Positions 1 to 7,835 of a stretch of 24,000 bases of DNA are shown here, one piece after another (position 1 is the stretch's first letter; each line of letters begins with the position of its first letter). Source of the stretch: Candidatus Wolframiiraptor allenii (lineage in GTDB: Archaea; Thermoproteota; Nitrososphaeria_A; Caldarchaeales; Wolframiiraptoraceae); contig JAKCEV010000004.1 in assembly GCA_023539495.1 (NCBI GenBank), positions 1-24,000 of the forward strand, read 5' to 3'. The notes below the pieces were generated by a model. That model was not told where the DNA came from and did not search any database. It saw only the letters and a list, made by a program, of their open reading frames with translations. A program made the position numbers and the translations under genes.

Positions 1-22
1 CCCCACCCAAGCAGGGGAGGGG

Positions 23-583
23 TCATAAGCCGAGTTCTTTGCTTATCCCATTTAATGCTCTGAGCGATATCTCGAGAAAATCATCTAGTGTTAAGCCTAT
101 TTGCTCGCAGAACATTATCCGCTCCCTGCTGACGTTCCTCGCGAAGTCCTTCTGTTTGAACTTCTTCTTCAGCGTCTCGACGCTCACCTCAGCCAGCTTT
201 TTATTCGGCATGACGAGGGCGGCGGCGATTATGAGTCCCGAGACGGCGTCAGCCGCGATCAGCGCCTTCTCCAGATTACTCTCTGGCATTACTCCCGTAT
301 TCTCGAAATTATGGGACTTTATTGCCTTAATGATCTCCGACGGCGCAGAGCCCCCGAGGATTCTCTCAGCTTCCAGTCCATGCCTGCTCGGCTCATTTTT
401 CGTCAGCTCATAGTCTATGTCATGGAGCAGCCCCGCGAGCTCCCAGAGCCGCTCATCCTGCCCGAGATGCCGCGCGAGCTCCTTCATTATCGCGGAGACG
501 GCCATCATGTGCAAGACTATCTTATCATTCACAACATTCTCCCTGACTATTCTCAGTGCCTCCTCTCTATCCACCTCACACAC
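23..583 (-). CDS. HD-domain (HDIG-type) hydrolase/phosphohydrolase
   Basis: 186-aa ORF with GTG start at 583; motifs LHMMAVSAIMKELA and ELAGLLHDIDYE (HD metal-binding pattern) typical of HD superfamily proteins. Confidence 0.85.
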   Translation of the reverse strand: MCEVDREEALRIVRENVVNDKIVLHMMAVSAIMKELARHLGQDERLWELAGLLHDIDYELTKNEPSRHGLEAERILGGSAPSEIIKAIKSHNFENTGVMPESNLEKALIAADAVSGLIIAAALVMPNKKLAEVSVETLKKKFKQKDFARNVSRERIMFCEQIGLTLDDFLEISLRALNGISKELGL

Positions 584-609
584 CTCCTCATTCTCCAGAA
601 TCTTTATCT

Positions 610-1920
610 CTAGCAGTATTCCTCCACTGCCTCGCGGATTCTTCTACATGCCTCTCTAAGAGGCTTCTCATCCAGCACCGCGGAGATCCTGAGGTGGTTG
701 TTGTAGCTCTGCCCGAAGCATGCTCCTGGCGCTATCGCGACACCCTTCTCCTCGAGAAGCTTCCATGCGAACCTCCATGAATCGAAGCCCTCCACGTTTA
801 TCCTCGGGAAGATGTACATTGCGCCCTCCGGGGGCCTGACCTCTATTAGCCTAGACCTCGAGAGCTCCTCATAGAGTATCCTCAACCTCATCCCGATGAG
901 CTCTACGTTCCTCCTTGCCGATTCCTCGTCGTTTAGTGCCGCTAAGGCCGCCCTCTGGACAAACTCAGGTATGCATGTTATGGCGGTGTTCTGAGCTCTC
1001 GCGACGCGTGCAGCGGTCTCCGGGTCTGACACAACATATCCAACCCTGAAGCCCGTCATGCCCCAAGTCTTTGAGAAGGAGTTGACCATTATCGTGCGCT
1101 CCGTCCCAAGCTTCAAAATGCTCTCGAACCCATCGCGGTAACAGAAATCCATGTAGACCTCATCGCTCAGGATCCAAGCCCCATAATCCTCAGCAATCTC
1201 TATTATTGCCCTTATGCTCCTCTCATCAAGAACCCTTCCAGTCGGGTTATTCGGATAATTCAGGATTATCAGCTTGGTCAGCCTGCTAACCTTCTCTTGG
1301 ATCATGTTAACGGGGTCCCAATTATCCTCGAACCTTGTCTTGATTATCTTTGGCCTCCTGCCAAGCCATCTAACCTGGTGGGCGTATAAGGGCCAGGCCG
1401 GCTCTATCACAATCACCTCATCGCCAAGCCCTGTCACGGCCTCTATCGAGCCATAGACGGCGAATGTCCCGCCCGCCGTGACCGCAATATTATCGGGCTT
1501 GAGATCGAGGCCGAATCTCTCAGAAAGCTTTGACGCTATCGCCGCCCTAAGCTCCTTGATGCCATTCGCCGGGCCATACTTGCTATAACCCTCCCTGATC
1601 GCCTTGCAGGCTGCCTCAACGGCGCTTGGTGGCGCGGTGAAATCCGGCTCGCCAAGCTCCAGCCTATAGACCTCCCTCCCCATCCTCTGAAGCTCTAGGG
1701 CTCTTGAGGCAAACTCCCTTAACTTCAGCCCACTCTCCGGCGTCCCTTCTCCACCGTACCTCCCCCTCTCCTCCAAGACTAGGGAGAAGATCTTTCTCGC
1801 GAAATCACCGCTCAGCCCATGCCTGCTGAACTCTGATATCATGACATCGAGCATCTCGACGCTAAGATCAGACTTGGCGAGCGACGCGCATATCTTAGAT
1901 AACTCCGCGATCTCCCTCAT
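610..1920 (-). CDS. Class I/II PLP-dependent aminotransferase (aspartate aminotransferase family)
   Basis: Motifs AVTAGGTFAVYGS, NYPNNPTGRV and the PLP-lysine motif SFSKTWGMTGFRVGY. The ORF extends to 1989, but the plausible start is the internal Met (MREIAELSKI) at 1920. Confidence 0.9.
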   Translation of the reverse strand: MREIAELSKICASLAKSDLSVEMLDVMISEFSRHGLSGDFARKIFSLVLEERGRYGGEGTPESGLKLREFASRALELQRMGREVYRLELGEPDFTAPPSAVEAACKAIREGYSKYGPANGIKELRAAIASKLSERFGLDLKPDNIAVTAGGTFAVYGSIEAVTGLGDEVIVIEPAWPLYAHQVRWLGRRPKIIKTRFEDNWDPVNMIQEKVSRLTKLIILNYPNNPTGRVLDERSIRAIIEIAEDYGAWILSDEVYMDFCYRDGFESILKLGTERTIMVNSFSKTWGMTGFRVGYVVSDPETAARVARAQNTAITCIPEFVQRAALAALNDEESARRNVELIGMRLRILYEELSRSRLIEVRPPEGAMYIFPRINVEGFDSWRFAWKLLEEKGVAIAPGACFGQSYNNHLRISAVLDEKPLREACRRIREAVEEYC

Positions 1921-1993
1921 CACAGCACCACCCTCTCCTCGCCGCCTTCTCCGGGAATTAAGCCTTTTAACCATTCCCATCGCCATCATTATT

Positions 1994-2827
1994 ATGAGGG
2001 CTGAAGAGCCTAGGGCTGGGGAAGCCTTTTACCACGTTAGGGTTAAGCCCGGGGAGGTCTCGAGATACGTTCTTCTCCCAGGAGACCCGGAGCGCGTCCC
2101 ATTAATCGCGGAGCTCTGGGATGAGGCTTGGGAAGTCTCACATCATAGGGAGTTTAGGCTCTGGAATGGCAGGGTCGGCGGCAGGCCGATCTCCGCGTGC
2201 TCTACGGGCATAGGTTCAGCCTCAGCCTCGATAGCTGTCGAAGAGCTCGCTAGGGCGGGCGCGGACACATTCATCAGGGTTGGGAGCACAGGCGCGATCC
2301 AGCCCCATATAAGGCTCGGAGACCTCGTGATATCATCCGCGGCCATCAGGTTCGAGGGCACGAGCGTGGATTATGCACCACCAGAGTATCCGGCTGCCGC
2401 GAGTTATGAGGTTCTTCTCGCATTAATCGAGGCAGCTGAATCCCTTAACATCACATATCATGTTGGCGTCACTGCGACAACTGATAGCTTCTACCTCGGT
2501 CAGGGGAGAAAGGGGTTCCGGGGCTACTCATGGAGCAGACCTGAGAATATTCTCGAGGACCTGAGGAAAATGGGTGTCCTCAATTTCGATATGGAGACGT
2601 CCGCGATATACATTATAGCATCCGTTTACGGACTTAGGGCCGGATCCGTTTGTGCGGTCTTCGCCAACAGGATTAGGGATGAGTTCGGGGTCACCGGCGA
2701 GAAGGATGCCGCGAGGGTCGCAGTCGAGGCCGTCAAGATCCTCCAAGAATGGGATGAGCTCAAGGCGAAGCATGGTAAGCGCTTCTTCCACCCATCGCTT
2801 CTAGGAAGATTGAATCCAAAAATATGA
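1994..2827 (+). CDS. udp: Uridine phosphorylase / nucleoside phosphorylase family protein
   Basis: Motifs YVLLPGDPERVPLIAELWD, ACSTGIGSASASIAVEELARAGADTFIRVGSTGAI and NFDMETSAIY are characteristic. ORF start corrected from 1841 to the ATG at 1994, which is divergent from the aminotransferase. Confidence 0.85.
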   Translation: MRAEEPRAGEAFYHVRVKPGEVSRYVLLPGDPERVPLIAELWDEAWEVSHHREFRLWNGRVGGRPISACSTGIGSASASIAVEELARAGADTFIRVGSTGAIQPHIRLGDLVISSAAIRFEGTSVDYAPPEYPAAASYEVLLALIEAAESLNITYHVGVTATTDSFYLGQGRKGFRGYSWSRPENILEDLRKMGVLNFDMETSAIYIIASVYGLRAGSVCAVFANRIRDEFGVTGEKDAARVAVEAVKILQEWDELKAKHGKRFFHPSLLGRLNPKI

Positions 2828-2855
2828 GCTTGAGAGGCTTTCATAAAGAGTTCCT

Positions 2856-3449
2856 TTGAGAAGTCTTCTCGACTCCCTGCTTGAGTGGGCTAGGCTCCAT
2901 CTCGTCCCACTGGGGATCCCGGGGCTGGTTTTAATGGCCTTCACGGAGTCCAGCTTCTTCCTGATACCGCCCGACGCCATCCTCATCCCGTTAACCCTCT
3001 TAGATCCCGGGAGCCGTTGTTCTACGGCCTAATAGCCACGATCAACTCAACGGCCGGAGCCCTCCTCAGCTACTGGATCGGCCTCAAGGGCGGGAGGCCC
3101 ATACTCCTCAAGCTCGCTGGGAGAAAAATCCGTGAAGAGGGCTGAGGAGTTCTTTAACAGGTATGGTACATGGGCTGTTGGGATAGCCGCCTTCACACTG
3201 ATACCCTACAAGATCTTCACAATAGCCTCTGGAGTATTCATGCTCAGGAACCTGAAGGTCTTCATCACCACATCATTTCTAGGGAGGGGTGGGAGATTCA
3301 TGACCGAGGCAGTGCTCATAATGCTCTTCGGCGAGGAGATATTGTCGTTTCTCAGCGCGCACTTTGAGCTCATAACAATCCTAGTTGGCGCGGCCGTGAT
3401 ATTGTTCCTAGCAGTTTATAGCCTCCCTAGGAAGGGGTCACGCTCCTGA
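2856..3449 (+). pseudogene. DedA/YqaA-like (SNARE-associated/VTT) membrane protein gene interrupted by two compensating frameshifts
   Basis: Frame A (TTG 2856): RSLLDSLLEWARLHLVPLGIPGLVLMAFTESSFFLIPPDAILIPLTLLDPGS. Frame B (about 3017-3124): LFYGLIATINSTAGALLSYWIGLKGGRPILLKLAGRK. Back to frame A (about 3128-3449): SVKRAEEFFNRYGTWAVGIAAFTLIPYKIFTIASG... Together they form one continuous YqaA/DedA-like protein. Confidence 0.75.
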
Positions 3450-4754
3450 AGTCCTTCTTCTCCCAAGTGTTATCCTCGCTGTTATGAGCCTCTCCCCCAT
3501 GAAGAGCCATGAACTTAGCAAGAGAAGTAGCGCTGCGAACCCCAGCATCACCATTATCGATGTGATCGCGGATGTAAGGTTGCCCGCGAACCCGCTCTGT
3601 ATCGCGAGGAATAGGTGTGTGAATGGGTCTAGGAGGAGACCTATCCTGACTCCGATCGGTAGGCTTTCAAGGGGCGCGAAGACGAGTATAAAGAATGGGG
3701 GCATTAGAAGTGGGAATGTTATAGCTCCTACGAGCTGCTGGGCGCTCCTGACATCACTCCCGAGGACACCGACGAGGAGCCCTATACAGGTCATCATCAC
3801 CATCGCGATGAATATCGCTGAGACGAGTATCGGGAGGAATATGGGGGATGGCCAGAGATCGATAAGCGTGAGACTCACCTGCTGGCCGGCGGCAACCTCC
3901 TCGACCGGGATCCGCGCCATCATGCTCCCCGCGATCATCATGCCATAGATCCCAAAGCCGACTAGGAATGAGATCGTGCTAAGGAGGACTATGACGAACG
4001 TCCCCAAGAGCTTGCTGAGTAGTATTGTTATCCTTCTGGCTGGGATAGTCAGGAGCAGCTCAAGGGTCTTGGACTCCTTCTCGAGGGCAATGCTAGTTGC
4101 CGAGACCGTGGAGGCATAACTCGCGACCATCACCGCGACTAGCGGGAGGCCGAAGAGTGTTGTCAGGAAGGTGGCAGCGACAGCGGAGGCTGGAGCCCTC
4201 AATATCCTGCCGAGATAGAGAACCATGGAGTTCTCTAGGATAGGCTTCTCGAAGAATCTTGGATCAATGCCGCCCCCATGAACCCTCTCGGCCAGAGACT
4301 TGAATATATCGAGCAGGAGTGTCGAGATCATCTGATTCCTGCTGATCTCGGAGATCGCAGCGGATCTTATAGGATAGATTGTCATAATTGTGCTCTGGAT
4401 GCCGAATGTGAAGTTTCTCGTGAAGCCACTCGGTATCATGATCACGGCATTGAGCTCCTTCCCGGCCGCTGCCCTAGCGCACTCATCCTCGGATGAACAC
4501 TTCACCTCAATGGTCCTGATCCCCTTTTCCCTGAACAGCTCCAGGAGATGAGTAGATGTTAACCATGTCTTGTCTAGGTCGGCTATCCCGATTACGAGGC
4601 CCACTTCAGCCCTCTCCATCGCCGCGCTCATTCCAAGGCCCGTCAACGCGCCTATTATCGGGAAGACTATTAGCGGGATTATTATCGCGCCCACTAGTAT
4701 GCTCCTCTCCATCAGGAGCTCCTTAATCTCCTTCCTGAGTAATGGAAGGAGCAT
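3438..4754 (-). CDS. ABC-2 type transporter permease (NatB-like)
   Basis: 438-aa multi-TM protein with N-terminal LLRKEIKELLMERSILVGAIIIPLIVFPIIG and C-terminal membrane segments; adjacent to and co-oriented with an ABC ATPase. Confidence 0.85.
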   Translation of the reverse strand: MLLPLLRKEIKELLMERSILVGAIIIPLIVFPIIGALTGLGMSAAMERAEVGLVIGIADLDKTWLTSTHLLELFREKGIRTIEVKCSSEDECARAAAGKELNAVIMIPSGFTRNFTFGIQSTIMTIYPIRSAAISEISRNQMISTLLLDIFKSLAERVHGGGIDPRFFEKPILENSMVLYLGRILRAPASAVAATFLTTLFGLPLVAVMVASYASTVSATSIALEKESKTLELLLTIPARRITILLSKLLGTFVIVLLSTISFLVGFGIYGMMIAGSMMARIPVEEVAAGQQVSLTLIDLWPSPIFLPILVSAIFIAMVMMTCIGLLVGVLGSDVRSAQQLVGAITFPLLMPPFFILVFAPLESLPIGVRIGLLLDPFTHLFLAIQSGFAGNLTSAITSIMVMLGFAALLLLLSSWLFMGERLITARITLGRRRTSGA

Positions 4755-4755
4755 C

Positions 4756-5472
4756 TTAAACCGCCTCCACCAGCTTCGCGAAGACCTCCTCGAGATTCTG
4801 AGCCCGGTGCTCGGCCTTCAGCTCATCGGGCCTACCCTCCGCGATGATCTTCCCGCCGCTTATGAATGCGACCCGATCGCAGAGATACTCTATCTCGAGC
4901 ATGTTGTGGCTGGAGACTATGGCGGTCGCGCCGCTCTCCTCCACGAACCTCCTTATCCTCTTCCTGATATGCACAGCATGGACGACATCTAGGCCGGAGG
5001 TCGGCTCATCAAGTATCGCAACCCTCGGCCTCAGCATTAGTATCGCTGCGAGGATTATCCTCCGTCTCATACCCTTGCTATAAGATCCCATGGGCTTCCT
5101 CAGGGCATCGCCGAGCCCTGCGATCTCCACACCCTCCTTGACGCATTCCCGATCCCTGCCATGAACTCCGGCCATGAAGCTGAGGAATTCTAGCCCCGTG
5201 ATATGTCTGTAAACCCCCGCATCCTCCGGCAGGTATGCGATGCTTTTCCTGACGCTATCTGGTTCATTCCTGACACTGTGGCCCATAATGATGGCGTCAC
5301 CAGCATCCGGCCTGAGGATCGTTGCAAGGATCCTGAGAGTTGTCGTCTTGCCAGCCCCATTAGGCCCTATTAAGCCGAAGATCTCTGACTCATCAACCTC
5401 GAATGAGACGCCTTTTAGAACCTCGAGAGACCCGAATCTCTTAACAAGACCACTGGCCACGATAGCCTTCAA
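4756..5472 (-). CDS. ABC transporter ATP-binding protein (NatA-like)
   Basis: Walker A GPNGAGKTT, signature-like YSKGMRRRI, Walker B VAILDEPTSGLD, H-loop SSHNMLE. Confidence 0.93.
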   Translation of the reverse strand: MKAIVASGLVKRFGSLEVLKGVSFEVDESEIFGLIGPNGAGKTTTLRILATILRPDAGDAIIMGHSVRNEPDSVRKSIAYLPEDAGVYRHITGLEFLSFMAGVHGRDRECVKEGVEIAGLGDALRKPMGSYSKGMRRRIILAAILMLRPRVAILDEPTSGLDVVHAVHIRKRIRRFVEESGATAIVSSHNMLEIEYLCDRVAFISGGKIIAEGRPDELKAEHRAQNLEEVFAKLVEAV

Positions 5473-5521
5473 GCATAATCTTCCTCCCCCGGGTCTCTAT
5501 CCAATTGCCACGCATCATCTT

Positions 5522-6466
5522 TTAAGGCTTGAGCTTCCGCCAGTCACCCTTAATCTCGGGCTCGCCCCTAAGTCTTCTCAGGTAATTGTGCGCGGATAAT
5601 GCGGCTATTGCGCCCTGAGCCGCCGCTATCACAGCCTGCTTATACGGCATATCGCAGACGTCGCCGGCCGCGAAGACCCCCTCCTTGCTTGTCCTGCCAA
5701 GCCTATCCGTCACGATCTCGCCGCGCTCATTCAGCTCGATGAATCCCTTGAGCCACCCCGTATCCGCCACGTATCCAAGCTCTACGAAGACTCCATCAAC
5801 CTCCAGCTCCATCCTCTCACCGCCATCAACCCCCCTTAAGATCAGCTTTCTAACCACGGTATCGCCGACCACCTCCCCCACCTTCACGCCCGTCATAACC
5901 TCCGCGCCCAGTTCTCGTAGCTCCTTCATGAGCCGATCATCCTCCCTAGGACGCCCCGAGTAGATAACGTAAACCATGTTACCGTAATTTCTGAGAATTG
6001 CAACGGCTTCATGAGCTTGATCGCCCCAGCCGACCACGGCCACTCTCTTGCCTCTATATAATGGCGCATCACAAATAGCACAGTAACTGACCCCCTTACC
6101 CGCGAAGAGATCCTCGCCTAGAACACCCATTTTCCTCGGCTTCTTCCCAACTGCAAGGATCAGTGTCCGCCCCTCATAGTCGCCGCCCCTACACTTAATC
6201 CTGAAGCCGCCCTCCACCTCCTCGACACCAACTGCCTCATCATAGAATATCTCGGCCCCAAATTCCCTAGCCTGCTCAAGAATGCTGCTCACAAGCTCGA
6301 AGCCCGAGACCGGAGGCGAGGCCGGGAAATTCTCTATCCTCGGAACTGTAAGGAGCTGGCCGCCAATATCCATCGTGACAACAAGTGTTCGCAGACCTTG
6401 TCTAGCAGAGTAGAGCGCCGCAGTAAGGCCGGCAACACCGCCGCCCACAATCAATACATCATACAT
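5522..6466 (-). CDS. trxB: Thioredoxin-reductase-like FAD-dependent pyridine nucleotide-disulfide oxidoreductase
   Basis: FAD-binding VGGGVAGLTAALYSARQG, redox-active CAIC (SYCAICDAP), C-terminal GVFAAGDVCD. Start corrected from 6547 to MYDVLIVGGG at 6466. Confidence 0.88.
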   Translation of the reverse strand: MYDVLIVGGGVAGLTAALYSARQGLRTLVVTMDIGGQLLTVPRIENFPASPPVSGFELVSSILEQAREFGAEIFYDEAVGVEEVEGGFRIKCRGGDYEGRTLILAVGKKPRKMGVLGEDLFAGKGVSYCAICDAPLYRGKRVAVVGWGDQAHEAVAILRNYGNMVYVIYSGRPREDDRLMKELRELGAEVMTGVKVGEVVGDTVVRKLILRGVDGGERMELEVDGVFVELGYVADTGWLKGFIELNERGEIVTDRLGRTSKEGVFAAGDVCDMPYKQAVIAAAQGAIAALSAHNYLRRLRGEPEIKGDWRKLKP

Positions 6467-6513
6467 CACTAGTCCACTTATTTGACGGAAGCTATAAAGC
6501 ATGCCCCAGAGCC

Positions 6514-6723
6514 TTGGAGAAGAGGGCGGAGTTGAGCGTACGAACAACCCTTATCCCCAAGATCTTGCTGAAGCTCGCAGCCGCCGCAGCTCTAGCCATA
6601 TTAGCATACTATGCCTATGAGGGCGTCTCAGCAGCCCTATCAGCCTCACCCATCTTCGCCGCCATATTCCTCACACTCCTCATAGCCGCGATAATCATAG
6701 GAATCATGAGCCTCCTCACATGA
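6514..6723 (+). CDS. Small hydrophobic membrane protein, unknown function
   Basis: 69-aa ORF (TTG start) with two predicted hydrophobic segments (ILLKLAAAAALAILAYYAY; SPIFAAIFLTLLIAAIIIGIMSLL). Confidence 0.5.
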   Translation: MEKRAELSVRTTLIPKILLKLAAAAALAILAYYAYEGVSAALSASPIFAAIFLTLLIAAIIIGIMSLLT

Positions 6724-6830
6724 GGGACGTGACCGGACAGTAGCTATGCTTAATTATAAGCTGCGAAAAACCATCCGAGAAAACAGTTAACCCCCATATT
6801 TTGCGCGCATTATATCGAGAATGTTGGGTC

Positions 6831-6842
6831 TTTTTCGAAAAA
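6831..6842. repeat. Perfect 12-bp palindrome TTTTTCGAAAAA
   Basis: Direct reading of the sequence in the intergenic region upstream of the zinc-ribbon gene. Confidence 0.6.
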
Positions 6843-6861
6843 CGTAATAACGATGGCGCAT

Positions 6862-6888
6862 CTCTGCAAGTTGAGGCAACTTGCAGAG
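6862..6888. promoter_or_regulatory. Perfect inverted repeat, candidate operator
   Basis: CTCTGCAAGTTG-AGG-CAACTTGCAGAG: 12-nt arms, 3-nt centre, immediately upstream of a TATA-like element and about 41 bp before the ATG at 6930. Confidence 0.7.
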
Positions 6889-6889
6889 C

Positions 6890-6901
6890 GATTTTAAATA
6901 C
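6890..6901 (+). promoter_or_regulatory. Putative BRE/TATA box of the 6930 gene
   Basis: GATTTTAAATAC located 29-40 bp upstream of the ATG at 6930, consistent with an archaeal leaderless promoter. Confidence 0.5.
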
Positions 6902-6929
6902 TTATTAACGTCTAACGGCACATTAATTT

Positions 6930-7832
6930 ATGAAGTATTGTCCGAAGTGTGGTAGAAAGCTTGAAATTCAATCACCTTACTGCCCATTCTGCGGGGCATC
7001 TCTCACGGAGTATCTTCAAGCACAGTATTACTCCAAGAAGAAAGATCGGAGAAAGGCGATAGCCGCGATCCTAGGAATCTCAGGCCTACTCGGGCTGGGA
7101 TTCATCGCATTCAGATACTATGGAGATGAAATATACGAGTTGCTGAACAGGATTGCTGGAGCTGGGAGGACAACCACTGTTACCAAGACCATAGAACTTA
7201 CTGAAGCATCGGAGACGAGCACATTCTCCACGACGACGTATTGGACCAAGACGACCTCCTCAAGTACCTCCACCTCATCAACATCCCCGCTGGCGACGAG
7301 CACGACATCAGCTCTACCCTCCACATCGGAGAGCAGTGAAACAACATCAACCGAGGTAACATCAATGACCACTAGGACTACTCGCGCGACGGCCGTCCCA
7401 AAAATACCTGATAGAGATTGGGATCGCATAATATTCCCCTATATCGAGGTTGGTGGGCAGGCGGAATATGACCAGGTTGAGGTCATAGTAAGTAATCGGG
7501 GGAGCGCGCCATCATTCTACACGGTGATGGAGCTTTACACCGGCCCCGTGGAAAGGATTCCCGGGATAAAATACGTGGAGTATCCATTAAGCAGCTTCAG
7601 CCTCGCATGGCGCAGGGTTACGACTCTGAATATGGGCCAGCGCGTAGACATTGATTTCTCCGAGCTGCCCTCGAGCCACGAGGTCCTGATATGGGTATGC
7701 TATGACCCGATCCTAGATCCGAGAAACTTCAGGATGGATAGCGATGCCCAGCTCAGGAGCGTCTATAGGAGTAGCCTCGACAGAGATAGGCATGTGATGG
7801 CGCTCGGCAGATCGGGAGTAGTGGAGGAGTAG
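6930..7832 (+). CDS. Zinc-ribbon single-pass membrane protein with Ser/Thr-rich linker and C-terminal extracytoplasmic domain
   Basis: N-terminal MKYCPKCGRKLEIQSPYCPFCGA (two CxxC), TM AIAAILGISGLLGLGFIAF, long S/T-rich tract (about residues 95-155), then a beta-rich C-terminal domain. Confidence 0.8.
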   Translation: MKYCPKCGRKLEIQSPYCPFCGASLTEYLQAQYYSKKKDRRKAIAAILGISGLLGLGFIAFRYYGDEIYELLNRIAGAGRTTTVTKTIELTEASETSTFSTTTYWTKTTSSSTSTSSTSPLATSTTSALPSTSESSETTSTEVTSMTTRTTRATAVPKIPDRDWDRIIFPYIEVGGQAEYDQVEVIVSNRGSAPSFYTVMELYTGPVERIPGIKYVEYPLSSFSLAWRRVTTLNMGQRVDIDFSELPSSHEVLIWVCYDPILDPRNFRMDSDAQLRSVYRSSLDRDRHVMALGRSGVVEE

Positions 7833-7835
7833 AAT

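Noticed and set aside
101-613. 170-aa plus-strand ORF antisense to the HD-domain gene
   Set aside because: Arginine/leucine-rich sequence with no recognisable motif, fully antisense to a convincing HD-domain gene; typical shadow ORF of GC-rich coding DNA.
1841-1993. N-terminal extension of the uridine phosphorylase ORF
   Set aside because: The 51 extra residues overlap the divergent aminotransferase start and do not look like the family; ATG at 1994 is preferred.
3484-5599. Several plus-strand ORFs (3484-3948, 4278-4496, 4570-4992, 4844-5083, 5240-5599) antisense to the ABC transporter genes
   Set aside because: All are shadows of well-supported minus-strand ABC permease/ATPase genes; no motifs of their own.
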